Source of the DNA: an uncultured Verrucomicrobiae bacterium
GTDB taxonomy: Bacteria; Verrucomicrobiota; Verrucomicrobiia; Limisphaerales; Palsa-1400
DNA length: 64,000 nucleotides
Reading direction: 5' to 3'
NCBI GenBank assembly: GCA_963764165.1
Contig: CAVXRD010000001.1
Location: forward strand, 416,001 to 480,000
The position numbers and the translations under genes are program-made. Position 1 is the first letter of the stretch; each line of letters starts with the position of its first letter. The notes below the pieces were generated by a model. The model did no database searches and was not told where the DNA came from. It saw only the letters and a list, made by a program, of their open reading frames with translations. Shown here piece by piece: positions 9,725 through 20,799 of this stretch.

Positions 9725-10669
9725 CTAATGATGTCCGCAGCAAGAACCGTCGGCACGGTGGACATGCTGCCCGCCCGGGCGCGGCAAGGCATGGACGATG
9801 ATGAACAGCGCGGCTACCGGAACCGCTATCGGACTCAGCACCACTGTCAATACTCCAAACGCAATCCTCCCCGCCCTGCCCGATCTCGATTCGACGTGGT
9901 TGAATTTTTCCATGCGGTTCGCGAACGGCGAACGCCACAATATCCAATATGTTTTCCACGCCTCGGCAAATCGTGAACCAAAGCCCTTCTTCTTGACGCC
10001 TGCGGAGCTAGATTTCACCGCACCCGGGATGTAAACGAAGGTTGGAATGCGCCCAATATCCTCGTAAGTTTCAACGCTCTCGGAAAGCGGCAGCGGCTCC
10101 ACAAACTCGATGTCGCGGCGGGCGGCATCTGTCAACAATAGGTATTGATTCGCCTTGACCGAGTTCTTCAGCAGCCGGTGCACGGCGATAACGTCGACTC
10201 CGGCCAGTTCCTGGAAATTGAAAACGCGATGGAACAGCGCTTCTCCGCTGTGAACAACCACTTTCAACTGCAGCCGCTTGATATTCGAACACGCTTTGCA
10301 TTCGCACGTCGTCGAGGCGCTCAGCTCGCTGACGCGGGCGCTGAACATGCCGAACAGCTTCAGGAGGTTTTGGCCGATGGTTCGTTTCGCCTCCCCCCAG
10401 GGCCGCGCTAGATTTTGTTTGCGGCAATAAAAAAAGACCGCGTCCCCTTCCAGCTTCGCCACTTCCAGCGGCAGCTCGATTTCTCTGATGATCGTCTTGA
10501 TCAGCTCGGTGATGATCGACTGGCTGTGGGCCAATGTTTTCGCATTGGCCGTCATGTAACTCGTGTAGCCGCTGATATCGGCGATGATGAGCATCACCGG
10601 CTCCGGTGTTCCTTCAGCGGCTGCCGCAGGAGTGGGGCCGGCCGCGATGTTTTGCGTTGCAAAAGCCAT
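9725..10669 (-). CDS. DUF2652 family protein (nucleotide cyclase-like fold) with C-terminal TM and His/Cys tail
   Basis: IIADISGYT, AKLEGDAVF, CECKAC, LKVVVHSGE, GVDVIAVHRLLKN. Confidence 0.82.
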   Translation of the reverse strand: MAFATQNIAAGPTPAAAAEGTPEPVMLIIADISGYTSYMTANAKTLAHSQSIITELIKTIIREIELPLEVAKLEGDAVFFYCRKQNLARPWGEAKRTIGQNLLKLFGMFSARVSELSASTTCECKACSNIKRLQLKVVVHSGEALFHRVFNFQELAGVDVIAVHRLLKNSVKANQYLLLTDAARRDIEFVEPLPLSESVETYEDIGRIPTFVYIPGAVKSSSAGVKKKGFGSRFAEAWKTYWILWRSPFANRMEKFNHVESRSGRAGRIAFGVLTVVLSPIAVPVAALFIIVHALPRPGGQHVHRADGSCCGHH

Positions 10670-10672
10670 GAA

Positions 10673-13513
10673 TTAAGCCGACGCGATCAATTGCCGGAGC
10701 ACGAACGGCAAAATGCCGCCATGCTGGTAGTAATCGATTTCAATCGGCGTATCGATGCGGCAAGTTACGGCAACATTCTCCATTTTGCCATCGGCGCGAT
10801 GGATTACCAGCGTCACGTCCTGCTGCGGCTTCAATTGCTCGCCGAGGCCGGCAACATCAAACGTCTCCGTGCCGTCCAGTTTCAAGGTCTGCGCGGTAAC
10901 GCCTTCCTTGAATTGCAGCGGGAGCACGCCCATGCCGACGAGGTTGGAGCGATGAATGCGCTCGAAACTCTGCGCGACCACCGCCTTCACGCCAAGCAGG
11001 CGCGTTCCCTTGGCCGCCCAATCGCGCGAACTGCCGGTGCCGTATTCCTGCCCCGCCAGAATGATCAAGGGCGTGCCGGCCTGCACATACTTCATCGCCG
11101 CGTCAAAGATGCTCATGGCTTCGCCGGACGGCTGGAATTTCGTCACGCCGCCTTCGGTGCCCGGCACCATCAGGTTCTTGATGCGGACATTCGCGAACGT
11201 GCCGCGCGTCATCACGCGATCATTGCCGCGGCGCGATCCGTAACTGTTGAAGTCGACATAATTGACGCCGTTCTCGATCAGATATTGCCCGGCCGGCGAC
11301 GTCTTCTTGATGCTGCCCGCGGGCGAAATGTGATCGGTGGTCACACTGTCGCCGAAAATCCCGAGCGGACGCGCGCCTTTGATTTCCGCAATGGGCGAGG
11401 TCTGCAAGCCGAAATTCACGAAGAACGGAGGCTCCTGAATGTAAGTGCTTTTCGGATCCCACTGGTAAGTCTGGCCGACGCTCGACGGAATTTCGTTCCA
11501 CTTCGGATTCTGCGCCGCAAAGTCGCGGTAAAGCGCGCTGAACACTTCCGGCTTGAGCGCCGATTTCATCGCATCGCGAACCTCCTCCTGCGAAGGCCAG
11601 ATGTCCTTGAGATACACGTCGCCATTCGTGCCTTTGCCAATCGGCTCTGTTGTCAAATTAACGGTAACGCGGCCGGCCAGCGCAAACGCAACGACCAAAG
11701 GCGGCGACATCAGGAAATTCGCCTTGATGTTTTGATGCACGCGCGCCTCGAAATTCCGGTTGCCCGAAAGCACCGATGCGGCAATGACGTCGTTCTTGAC
11801 GACCGCCTCTTCAATCGGCGCCGCCAGCGGGCCGGAGTTGCCAATGCACGTCGTGCAGCCGTAACCGACGAGATTGAAGCCGAGCTTGTCCAGCGGCTCC
11901 TGCAATCCCGTCTTGTTCAAATAATCCGTCACCACCCGCGATCCAGGCGCGAGGGAGGACTTCACAAGCGGATGCGGTTTGAGTCCGGCGGCCACTGCTT
12001 TTTTCGCGAGCAAACCGGCCGCGAGCATGACGGACGGATTGCTCGTATTGGTGCAGCTCGTAATGGCCGCGATCAAAACATCGGCGTGATGAATTTCACC
12101 GCCGGACGAGCCGACGCCCTCCGTCACATCCGGACTCGGGCGGTTGTTGGCCATTTCCGCCTCGGTTTGCGGATTGGTGCTCATCTTCAGAGAATGCTCA
12201 CGCGAGACCGGCTCCTGGCTGCCGCCACCGGATGCGGACTCTCCATTGGCCGCCACCGGGAAAGACTTGCCCAAATCCTCCGCCGCTTTGCCAAATCCGC
12301 TCTCGGTCACCGGCTTGGAAAACGCCTTCGTGAATTCGTCCTTCAATTTGCTCAACTCAATGCGATCCTGCGGGCGCTTCGGCCCGGCCACGCTCGGCAC
12401 AACCGTCGCGAGGTCCAATTCCAAATCTGTCGAGTAGCTGATGTCGCCCTTCTTGGGCATGCCGAACAATCCCTGCGCTTTGAAATAATTCTCGTAGAGG
12501 CGGCAATGCTCTTCGCTGCGGCCGGTTTGGCGCAAGTATTCAACGCATTCGCCGTCGATGGGAAAGAAGCCCATCGTCGCGCCGTATTCGGGAGCCATAT
12601 TGGCAATCGTCGACCGATCCACCACCGCCAGCGCCGCCGCGCCGGGTCCGTAAAATTCCACGAACTTTCCGACCACCTTCGCCTTGCGCAGCATCTGCGT
12701 CACCGTCAAGGCCAGGTCCGTCGCTGTCACGCCCGCCTTCAATGCGCCTGTCAAATGAACGCCCACCACGTCCGGTGTCAGAAAGTAAACAGGCTGCCCG
12801 AGCATTCCCGCCTCCGCCTCAATGCCGCCCACGCCCCAGCCAACGATACCGAGGCCGTTGATCATCGTCGTGTGCGAATCCGTCCCGACCAGCGTGTCCG
12901 GGTAATAAACCGGCGGCTGCGAGCACAAAACGCCTTTGGCCAGGTATTCGAGATTCACCTGGTGCACAATGCCGATGCCGGGCGGGACGACCTTGAAGGT
13001 GTCGAACGCCTGCATACCCCATTTCAAAAATTGGTACCGCTCGCGATTGCGCGAAAACTCCATGTCCAGATTGCGCGCCATCGAGTCGGCAGCCCCCGCG
13101 AAATCCACCTGCACGGAGTGGTCGACGACCAAATCCACAGGCACCAGGGGTTCGATGATTTTTGGATTTTTGCCGAGCGTCACCGCCGCGGACCGCATCG
13201 CCGCCAAATCCACCAGCAGCGGGACGCCGGTGAAATCCTGCAAAACAATGCGGGCGACGATGAACGGAATCTCCTGCGTGCGGGGGGCATTGGGCTGCCA
13301 TTGCGCCAATTCGCGGACGTTGGTTTCAGAAACTTTCTTGCCATCGAAATTGCGCAGCACCGATTCCAGCACGATGCGAATGGAAACCGGCAGTTTGGAA
13401 ATCGGGCCGACACCGGCTTGTTCGAGAGCGGGCAGCGAGTAGAGTTGGCCTGTCTGTCCGTCACCCCGGTCAAAGTCTTTAAGGGTGTTGAATAAATTAT
13501 GTGTGTTGCTCAT
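10673..13513 (-). CDS. acnA: Aconitate hydratase A
   Basis: [66 protein letters not shown]. Confidence 0.98.
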   Translation of the reverse strand: MSNTHNLFNTLKDFDRGDGQTGQLYSLPALEQAGVGPISKLPVSIRIVLESVLRNFDGKKVSETNVRELAQWQPNAPRTQEIPFIVARIVLQDFTGVPLLVDLAAMRSAAVTLGKNPKIIEPLVPVDLVVDHSVQVDFAGAADSMARNLDMEFSRNRERYQFLKWGMQAFDTFKVVPPGIGIVHQVNLEYLAKGVLCSQPPVYYPDTLVGTDSHTTMINGLGIVGWGVGGIEAEAGMLGQPVYFLTPDVVGVHLTGALKAGVTATDLALTVTQMLRKAKVVGKFVEFYGPGAAALAVVDRSTIANMAPEYGATMGFFPIDGECVEYLRQTGRSEEHCRLYENYFKAQGLFGMPKKGDISYSTDLELDLATVVPSVAGPKRPQDRIELSKLKDEFTKAFSKPVTESGFGKAAEDLGKSFPVAANGESASGGGSQEPVSREHSLKMSTNPQTEAEMANNRPSPDVTEGVGSSGGEIHHADVLIAAITSCTNTSNPSVMLAAGLLAKKAVAAGLKPHPLVKSSLAPGSRVVTDYLNKTGLQEPLDKLGFNLVGYGCTTCIGNSGPLAAPIEEAVVKNDVIAASVLSGNRNFEARVHQNIKANFLMSPPLVVAFALAGRVTVNLTTEPIGKGTNGDVYLKDIWPSQEEVRDAMKSALKPEVFSALYRDFAAQNPKWNEIPSSVGQTYQWDPKSTYIQEPPFFVNFGLQTSPIAEIKGARPLGIFGDSVTTDHISPAGSIKKTSPAGQYLIENGVNYVDFNSYGSRRGNDRVMTRGTFANVRIKNLMVPGTEGGVTKFQPSGEAMSIFDAAMKYVQAGTPLIILAGQEYGTGSSRDWAAKGTRLLGVKAVVAQSFERIHRSNLVGMGVLPLQFKEGVTAQTLKLDGTETFDVAGLGEQLKPQQDVTLVIHRADGKMENVAVTCRIDTPIEIDYYQHGGILPFVLRQLIASA

Positions 13514-13790
13514 ATGTAATCGCCCCGCAACATAAGTCCCAAATGGAAAAGGCTAAAGGCTAAAATTTCTTCGTGTCGTTGCCTTGCTGTAAAAAGTCCG
13601 TTATCTTCAACGTCCGCATTCAACGTCCGCAAACTCAGCTTGCCGACGACGTGGTGCGCATGGTCCTCGCCGGGAGTGACCGGGAACGCCAAGAGGATTG
13701 AACAACAAGCCCACACGAAGCGCCCGAGGCGAGCGCCGTCAGAAATACGCGCGCGATGCAATAGAGGGCGCTTTCATTGCAGGGCACACT

Positions 13791-14041
13791 TCAATAATCG
13801 CCCCGAGAATCCCGCCAAAGCCTCCTCGTTGCCTTGTTGGAAATAACTTTGCGGCCAAACACTCTCTTCAACCGGCCCGCGATATCTGGCATTCGCGAAT
13901 CGTCTGTTTTGTCCGCGCACACTGGCAGCAACCGGGCCACCCTGAGACGTATATCGTGATCGCAACTTCCTCTCCGTTGCCAACCCAATCCAGAATGCGA
14001 TTGAAATTCCGCCGCATATCGCGGACCGATGCCGTCTTCAT
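13791..14041 (-). pseudogene. Frameshifted Phd/YefM-family antitoxin
   Basis: MKTASVRDMRRNFNRILDWVGNGEEVAIT in one frame continues as RVARLLPV...PDIAGRLKRVFG in another; break near 13950. Confidence 0.78.
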
Positions 14042-14157
14042 TTGCTCCAAATCGTGCCGCAAATCTCTCCGAGGCAAAAGCCGAAAGTCGGCAGAAACGC
14101 TCTCATTGCGGTTGAATCTTACGCGATAATAGACTCACGCTATTCCGTCGCGAGAAT

Positions 14158-15189
14158 CTACGCTTTTAAATCTGATCTAAAATCGGCGGGAGGCACAATC
14201 ACACTCGACGCTTCGATTCGGATATAATGGAGAATCACGGGGGCGAGCACCATTCCCGTTATTCCCATTAAGCGCTCGCCCAATACCAATGCCACCAAGG
14301 TCAGCCAAATGGAGGTGTGGATTTTGGAGCCGATGATTTTGCTGTTTAGAAAATACTCGAGCTTGTGCACCACCACCAGGAAGGCCAGCGCCCATAGTCC
14401 CGCAGTCGGCGAGACGAGAAAACCCAGCGCAACCACGATGGCGTTGCTGATCAAGTTGCCGATCACGGGCAGGAATCCGCATAGAAACGTCACGCCGATG
14501 GCCACCACGACATGGGGAAGATGCATGACCAATACGAAAATCGCAGTGAGTGCGGTGTTGATGGCGGAGATGGTGATTTGCGCGTTCATCACCATGGCGA
14601 AGCTTTTGTAAAATGCCGCAAAGCGCTTGCTAATCTCCGCGCAGCACAGGGAATACAAATTGTTCGCGGGCGTTCCGTCAGGCGGGGCCAATTCCAATTG
14701 CGGATGCAGATATATTCCGATCGCCACAAGAACGCCGATGGCCACATCAATGAATTCGGCGGTTGCGCCGCGGGCGGCGTCGGCAAAGGCGCCGAGGTTG
14801 TGCGCCTGGCTTTCGGCGAAATCTTTCGCCTTGTCCTTCAACCCCTCCAAATCGGTGAACGGCAGCTTGATTTGATGCTCGTCCGCCCATTTCACAATGG
14901 CCGGCACCGCTCGATTGGCAATGTCCGGCAACGCATGAATGGTGGCGTGGATAAGATGCGTGAGCGCGTAGCCAATCGCCGCAATCAGCAGAATAAAAAT
15001 GCCGATGGCAACCCACTTGGCGCCCGGCTTGACAAAGTCAAACTTCGTCAAGATGAAATACGAAAACAGGATCGCCAGCAGCATCGCGCCCAGATGCAGC
15101 ACTCCTGCCAATACCAGCACCAGCATTATGAAGACGAAGGAGACGCGGCGGCTCAGCATAAGGAATGGGCGCTCCTTCGGTTCGGGCAT
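14158..15189 (-). CDS. AI-2E family transporter
   Basis: Multi-TM; AQITISAINTALT, FLPVIGNLISN, HKLEYFLNSKIIG, GMVLAPV. Confidence 0.88.
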   Translation of the reverse strand: MPEPKERPFLMLSRRVSFVFIMLVLVLAGVLHLGAMLLAILFSYFILTKFDFVKPGAKWVAIGIFILLIAAIGYALTHLIHATIHALPDIANRAVPAIVKWADEHQIKLPFTDLEGLKDKAKDFAESQAHNLGAFADAARGATAEFIDVAIGVLVAIGIYLHPQLELAPPDGTPANNLYSLCCAEISKRFAAFYKSFAMVMNAQITISAINTALTAIFVLVMHLPHVVVAIGVTFLCGFLPVIGNLISNAIVVALGFLVSPTAGLWALAFLVVVHKLEYFLNSKIIGSKIHTSIWLTLVALVLGERLMGITGMVLAPVILHYIRIEASSVIVPPADFRSDLKA

Positions 15190-15204
15190 GGCGAGACCCA
15201 AGAC

Positions 15205-15308
15205 GAAGCGCGGCTGTGTCTAGGACCAGCCGCAGCTTTGCCCAAATCAATTCCCGCTTCTCTCCGCTTTGACACGGCTGCGGCTGGTCTTCGACACAGC
15301 CGCGCTCC
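15205..15308. repeat. REP-like family 3 inverted doublet
   Basis: GAAGCGCGGCTGTGTCTAGGACCAGCCGCAGC (15205-15236) and GCTGCGGCTGGTCTTCGACACAGCCGCGCTCC (15277-15308). Confidence 0.85.
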
Positions 15309-15364
15309 GGCAGAGAAGCGTGCAAAGATCAAGCAAAGCATGGCCGGCTTGTTCCTCCACCTGA

Positions 15365-18010
15365 CTAATTCTGCTTGGGGAGCATGCCCAGGATTTCCTG
15401 CTGCTCTTGGTACCACTCCTGCAAAGGGCGCGACAGGATGGATGGCTTAAAGTCTTTGCGCTGTTCAACTCCGAGGGCGGCATCCACTTCATGCTTCAAG
15501 GCTTCGTTGATCTGGGACTTGGCCTGGTCGGCCCACGTCCTGAAGGCGCCGGCTTGCGGGGCGAGCATCTTGGCGGCTTCCACGCGCGTGGCCTGGTCGT
15601 ATTTGAACTTCGGCACCAGGACAAGCTGCTGGTCTTCCTTGCCTTCGATCTTGTTCGTTTCATCCTGGGCGGTGATCACGGTCTTGGCCAGGTCGATAAT
15701 GCGCTGATCCATTTTGGCCAGCACGTCGTCTTCACTGACGTGGCCGTTGGCTTCGTAATCGAGATTGCGCGGGGAATTGCCGAGGCGCTCGCACACGCGC
15801 TGCACGACGTCCTTCTCCAATTCCTCAAAGTATTTCCGGCCGCGCTTGACGATAATATCGCGTTCCTCCTTGGTGAAGCTGTATTTCTTCTCGTCGAGGC
15901 CAACGAAGGTGGAATAGTTGGCGTTGGTCAGCAGCTTCTCCAATTTCGCGGTCAGGTTCGTGGCGTTGATGCGCTCCACGGTCGGCATGTTGGTCGGTTT
16001 GTCTTTCATCTCCAATTTCAAATCGACCGGGAGGAAGGAGAACGCCGCGCGATCGACGCCGCCGATTTCATCAAGCTGATTGGTCAGATACTTCCAATGC
16101 GCCTGCAAGCGGTCCTTGCGATTCAAATCGCCGACGAAATCGAAATCGCGCTCCACCTTCAGCGACCGCGTGTCGGCTTTGAACCACGACAACTCGTCGC
16201 CGAATTCCGTCGAAAGCGTCAACGCGGAACCCGTCGCGCTCAAATTGACCTGCTCGAGGGGAATGCGGTCGTGCGGATTGCGCGGGGCGCGCGCGCGAAT
16301 GAACGATTCGATGATGCCGTTGGGCAGCAAATCAATCGTCTGCGCAATCCCCGAATAGGCTGCGACAACCGGCTCGACTCCGTAATCGAAGCGGCGAACG
16401 TCGGCGTAACGGAATACATCCTCGTCGGTGCCAAAGAGCATTTTCTTGTCACGCGCCTCGGTGCTGTCGGAATAGCCCCAGCCGATGGCCCCCTTGTCGT
16501 GCGGCAGCGGTTCCTTTACCGTGCGCATGCGCCAGCCGATGAACACTCCCGCTTTAAGGATGTTGTAATCCATCACCGACGCGGATGGGTATTTGTTGGT
16601 GTAAGAGTCAAGGGGTTTGCCCGCAATATAATCGCGGAACCATTGATCCAGTTCTGACTGGGTGATGTTAGCTTCAAGGCTCCCGGCGAAATTGTGGCGC
16701 AATCCGAGGATATGCCCGACTTCGTGCGCGACCACTTCGCGGACATAATCCTGCGAGGCGCGCAGCACCGCTGCATCGGTCAAAGCATCGCTGGCCAGGA
16801 CTTCTTTCAAGCCGCCCGCCATTTGCTGGGCGAACGAAGCCGGGTCAATTTCGCAACGCGGGCCGGACGACTTGAATGGGAACAGCCGATCCAGCGTGAG
16901 TTCCTTCTTCTTGTCATCCTTTTTTGGCTCCGACATATCCTCCATGCTGCGGAGCAGCGCGCGCGCCGAGGCGCGGCCGGAGAACGCGAAGACGCTCGTG
17001 ATGTAAGCCTGGCCGTGCTCCGATTGGCCAGTCAGCGGATCCATCAAATCGTCGGCGTAGGCAAAGCCGGCGTTGTCCCACGGCACCCATTGGATGATGT
17101 TGTAATTGGCATCTGGCGCCGTCACGCCATCCGGAGCCTTCTTGGCCTGCATGACTTCTTTGCCGAACACGAGGTTCCAGTAGAGAATCGCATCGCGCAC
17201 GGCATCCACGTAATTGGTCGGAGTATTGGCCGAATAATAGAACACCACCGGCTGGCGAATATCGAAGCGAGCCGCCCTCGATGACACCCGCCCGGTTTCC
17301 GGCTCAAGATGGCCTTCAGTGTTGAAGAATTTTGTGTAACGCGTGATGGTCAAATCCGGCTCTTTGCCGACAAAATCCGCCGGCTTGTAAGGCTCAATGA
17401 AATAGCGAACCTCGTAGCGGGATTCGAGATTTTCCAGGAATTCACGGTTGCGGGCCTGCACGCTTTGGCGAATGATCAGGCGATCCTTGTCCGCCTTCAT
17501 TTCGAAGACGCGGCTCTCGGGAACTTCGAGCACCATGTCGCGCTCGCCGAGGTTCAGGCCGCCTTCGCTCGTCCACGCATCAGTGAAAACGCGGCGCATT
17601 CCCTTGTTGAAATCAATCACAACGCGCGTGTCGTCCTGGCGGATGATCGGGAAAGTCGCCAGCAATCGCCGCGCGGGCAAATCCTGCGTCACGACCAAGC
17701 CCTGCGTCGACTCATACATATCGACGCCATCGGGATAAACCTCGAAGCGCACGATTTTCCCGGACAGGCCCGTGCTGGTGGCGGCCAATTCCTGCGGGAT
17801 GATTGAGGCGCTAAATTGATAATCCTTGCCAAGGCCGGCCTTTGGAATGGCCAGCATCCAATTGTCCACAACTTCCAGCGGCGGAGGGACGGCTTTGGCG
17901 GTGTTCGTATCCGCGAAGGCGGAGCCTCCGGCGAAGATCAAACCGATAAGAATGCAACAAATAGCCGGAATTCCGGCGACCCGGGGGATATAGGATTTAT
18001 GACGATTCAT
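15365..18010 (-). CDS. Secreted zinc-dependent metalloprotease (metzincin, DUF4953/EcxA-like)
   Basis: HEVGHILGLRHNFAGS zinc motif, SASVMDY Met-turn, DPLTG; signal peptide after ATG 18010. Confidence 0.88.
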   Translation of the reverse strand: MNRHKSYIPRVAGIPAICCILIGLIFAGGSAFADTNTAKAVPPPLEVVDNWMLAIPKAGLGKDYQFSASIIPQELAATSTGLSGKIVRFEVYPDGVDMYESTQGLVVTQDLPARRLLATFPIIRQDDTRVVIDFNKGMRRVFTDAWTSEGGLNLGERDMVLEVPESRVFEMKADKDRLIIRQSVQARNREFLENLESRYEVRYFIEPYKPADFVGKEPDLTITRYTKFFNTEGHLEPETGRVSSRAARFDIRQPVVFYYSANTPTNYVDAVRDAILYWNLVFGKEVMQAKKAPDGVTAPDANYNIIQWVPWDNAGFAYADDLMDPLTGQSEHGQAYITSVFAFSGRASARALLRSMEDMSEPKKDDKKKELTLDRLFPFKSSGPRCEIDPASFAQQMAGGLKEVLASDALTDAAVLRASQDYVREVVAHEVGHILGLRHNFAGSLEANITQSELDQWFRDYIAGKPLDSYTNKYPSASVMDYNILKAGVFIGWRMRTVKEPLPHDKGAIGWGYSDSTEARDKKMLFGTDEDVFRYADVRRFDYGVEPVVAAYSGIAQTIDLLPNGIIESFIRARAPRNPHDRIPLEQVNLSATGSALTLSTEFGDELSWFKADTRSLKVERDFDFVGDLNRKDRLQAHWKYLTNQLDEIGGVDRAAFSFLPVDLKLEMKDKPTNMPTVERINATNLTAKLEKLLTNANYSTFVGLDEKKYSFTKEERDIIVKRGRKYFEELEKDVVQRVCERLGNSPRNLDYEANGHVSEDDVLAKMDQRIIDLAKTVITAQDETNKIEGKEDQQLVLVPKFKYDQATRVEAAKMLAPQAGAFRTWADQAKSQINEALKHEVDAALGVEQRKDFKPSILSRPLQEWYQEQQEILGMLPKQN

Positions 18011-18106
18011 TTTCTTTGGGGGAATAATGTGCTTGGTTGAAGGGAGTGGACGCAAGCAAGAAGGGTAAGCAATTTGCTTGTCGTCCAAACTGTTGGAGAA
18101 TCACAC

Positions 18107-18131
18107 GGCAGGGCGAGGCTCCTGCCGAGCT
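18107..18131 (+). repeat. REP family 1 solo copy
   Basis: GGCAGGGCGAGGCTCCTGCCGAGCT, 23/25 identical to the RAYT right flank. Confidence 0.85.
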
Positions 18132-18138
18132 TATGTTA

Positions 18139-19432
18139 TCAGCGAGTGCCTTCGGCCGGAACGGCCGAATTGCGTTTCGCCAGCGCCTTTTCAATGGTAG
18201 GACCCAAGTCTTCGCCGTAGACCGCTTCGCCCTCGGCCACAATTGTGCCCGTGTCGCCATCGATCAAAAAAGCGTGCGGAATGGAGTCAATGTAATAGGT
18301 TTTTGCCACCTCGGCGTTCCAGAACTTGCCGTCGAAAATTTCCGGCCACGGCATGTTGTGCTCTTTGGTGAACTTGGCCAGTTTCGCACCGTCGTTTGGC
18401 TGGTCGAGGCTGACGCTGAGAATCTCGAACCCTTTGGAATGATATTTCTCGTAGGCGGCGACAACGTTCGGCAGCTCCGCCTTGCACGGTTCGCACCAGG
18501 TGGCCCAGAAGTCGAGCATCACCAATTTGCCCTTGTAATTGTCCGGAAAATGGATCGTGTCACCGTCTGTGGTTTTGGCTTCAAACGGCAGTGCCTTGGC
18601 GTTCGCCGCCAGCGACGGTCGCGGCTTTGTTTCTGGAACCGTGTTGGTGGATTTCACAAATTGAAAACTTCCACCCGAAGGCGTCATGTCCGCGATTTCC
18701 CACGTCGTGCCGCCAATGTTAAAGGGCTTGGTCACATCGAACAATTCTTCGTGCTGGAACTTTCCGTCGTCGTTCAAGTCGATCGCCAGATGAACAGACG
18801 ATCCATTGGTGCCGCTGGGCGGTTGAAAATTGCCGGTGCAGGCGTCATCCACCAACAGCGCGTGAAAAGTCTTTCCTCCGAGGGTAAGGTCTCCCGCCCG
18901 GCCGAAATCGCGATAATAAATCAACGTGCTGGCCAGCTCCGCGCGGGCTTTGTCGTGCTTGTCAAAACGATACATGCTCATGTGCGCCGTGAGCTTTTCG
19001 CCCTCGGTACGAGAGGTTCACGTCGCAGCCTCCAAAATGCATTATGTTGGTTCCTCCATCGGGGCTCTTTTCCTCGCGCGCTTTCCACTCGGGAGCCGGA
19101 TCGTCGGTCAAATCGCCGTTGCCGTTGGAATCGACAAAAAGGCGGGCGGGCTTTCCTTCCGGCTCGTCCAGAATGACATAAACCGTGGTTGGCGAATTGG
19201 TCGGGCCCATCACAAGTTTCCCATAAAGCGGCGCGCCGAGGTCTGGCGGCGCTTTGGCAATGCCTTCAGGCTTCTCGGCGGAAAGCTTCAGCAGCACAGG
19301 GCGGTAGCCGCGCGTTTTCTTGGTGATCCCGGAGGATTGCCATTCGAGTTTCACGTCATCCGCGCTGGCGGCCATCGCGGCGCTAGCGGCCAATGCGCAA
19401 AAGGCCAATTTAAAGTTGCAGTTGCATTTCAT
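18139..19432 (-). pseudogene. TlpA-like disulfide reductase split by a 1-nt insertion (or sequencing error)
   Basis: ORFs 18962-19432 and 18139-18981 align to the N- and C-terminal parts of neighbour 19444-20751; removing one G at 19006-19007 restores SYEGEKLTAHMSMYRFD; DFWATWCEPC. Confidence 0.85.
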
Positions 19433-19443
19433 ATGATTGCTTT

Positions 19444-20751
19444 TTAATGAGGTTGAGCCAACGCCTTTTCAATTGTTGCAGAGAGATTTTCGCCGCGCAA
19501 TTCAATTCCTTCCGCGACAATTTTGCCGGTGTTCCCGTCCACCAGGAACGAATGCGGAATCGAGTCGATGGAATATTTCTGCGCCACCGGCGACCTCCAA
19601 TTCTGCCCTTCATACACCTCCGGCCACGGCATGTTATTGTCCTTGATGAATTTGGACAGCATGCCGTCCACCCCGGCCTGATCGAGGCTGACCCCCAGGA
19701 TCTCCAATCCCTGCGCGTGGAATTTTTGGTAGGCGGCGCTTAAGCCCGGTATCTCCCCGCGGCACGGCGGGCACCAGGTGGCCCAGAAATCCAGCAGCAC
19801 GAGTTTGCCTTTGTATTTCCCGGGAAAATGAACATCGTCGCCCGCCATGGTCTTGGCGTCGAAGACCGGCGCGTTCGTGCCGACTGTCAAATGCACGCGC
19901 GGCGCGCGCGGCGTCCGGGGCGCTTCGACAAGGACGGGCTTGGTGGACTTGACCAATTGAAAACTGTCGCCGCTCGGGCTCATGGCGGCGACTTCGTAGG
20001 CCTGCTCCCCGATTTTAAACGGCCCGCTGATGTCAAATGACTCTTTGCGAACGTCAAACTTGCCGTCATTGTTCGTATCGATTAGCAAATACACGGTGCT
20101 CTTCCCAAAGTCATGGGCGGGGCGGAAATCTCCCGTCGCGCCGTCATCAACCAAAACGCCCTTGTAAGTCTTGCCGTCCACGGTGATCTCCCCTGCTCTG
20201 CCGTAATCGCGGTAGTAGAACAAAAGGCTCGCGGAATCCGGGCGGCTCGCGTCGTGGGGATCAAAACGATACATGCCAAGGCGAAGGTCCAATTTCTGGC
20301 CGGCGTATGGCACATGAACAACCGCGCCGCCAAAGTAATTCGTCAGCGGCGTTCCATCCCGCGATTTTGCCACCCGCGGTTTCCATTCGGAGGGCTGCGC
20401 CCCAGCAAGTTCCCCCGTGCCATTGGCATCAACGAACAGGCGGGCGGGTGATCCTTCAGGTTCGTCAAGAATAACGAGAAAAGTCTTCGGAGACTCTGTT
20501 GGGCCGAGTTCGATTTTGCCATAGAGCGGGGCCGAGAGATCCGCCGGCAACGACTTCAATTCCTGCGGTTTGTCAGAGGACAACGCGAGGCGGACCGGAG
20601 TGTAAACGCTGGCGCTGTTGACAATATTAGAGGCCAGCCATTCCATTTTGATGTCATCGGCGCCGCGCGCCAGAAGGCCACCGAGAAACAAAATGGCGCA
20701 GCCCACGCATGCGATCCGCTGCCGCCTCTTCATCCAAAAACGATGCGCCAC
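19444..20751 (-). CDS. TlpA family thiol-disulfide reductase with large N-terminal domain
   Basis: Signal peptide; LLDFWATWCPPC, GVSLD, IDSIP cis-Pro loop. Confidence 0.9.
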   Translation of the reverse strand: MAHRFWMKRRQRIACVGCAILFLGGLLARGADDIKMEWLASNIVNSASVYTPVRLALSSDKPQELKSLPADLSAPLYGKIELGPTESPKTFLVILDEPEGSPARLFVDANGTGELAGAQPSEWKPRVAKSRDGTPLTNYFGGAVVHVPYAGQKLDLRLGMYRFDPHDASRPDSASLLFYYRDYGRAGEITVDGKTYKGVLVDDGATGDFRPAHDFGKSTVYLLIDTNNDGKFDVRKESFDISGPFKIGEQAYEVAAMSPSGDSFQLVKSTKPVLVEAPRTPRAPRVHLTVGTNAPVFDAKTMAGDDVHFPGKYKGKLVLLDFWATWCPPCRGEIPGLSAAYQKFHAQGLEILGVSLDQAGVDGMLSKFIKDNNMPWPEVYEGQNWRSPVAQKYSIDSIPHSFLVDGNTGKIVAEGIELRGENLSATIEKALAQPH

Positions 20752-20799
20752 CTCACCCGCAACCGCAAGGCTGTTTGGGAGGGAAGCCTTTTGCGCGTC

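Noticed and set aside
10415..13495. 1026-aa ORF antisense to acnA
   Set aside because: Shadow frame of a strongly codon-biased GC-rich gene; no recognisable motifs
13548..13565. AAAGGCT heptamer tandem upstream of acnA
   Set aside because: Only about 2.5 units; too short to call an element
18990..19010. Programmed frameshift in the TlpA paralog
   Set aside because: No canonical slippery heptamer or long homopolymer at the break; a simple 1-nt insertion explains it
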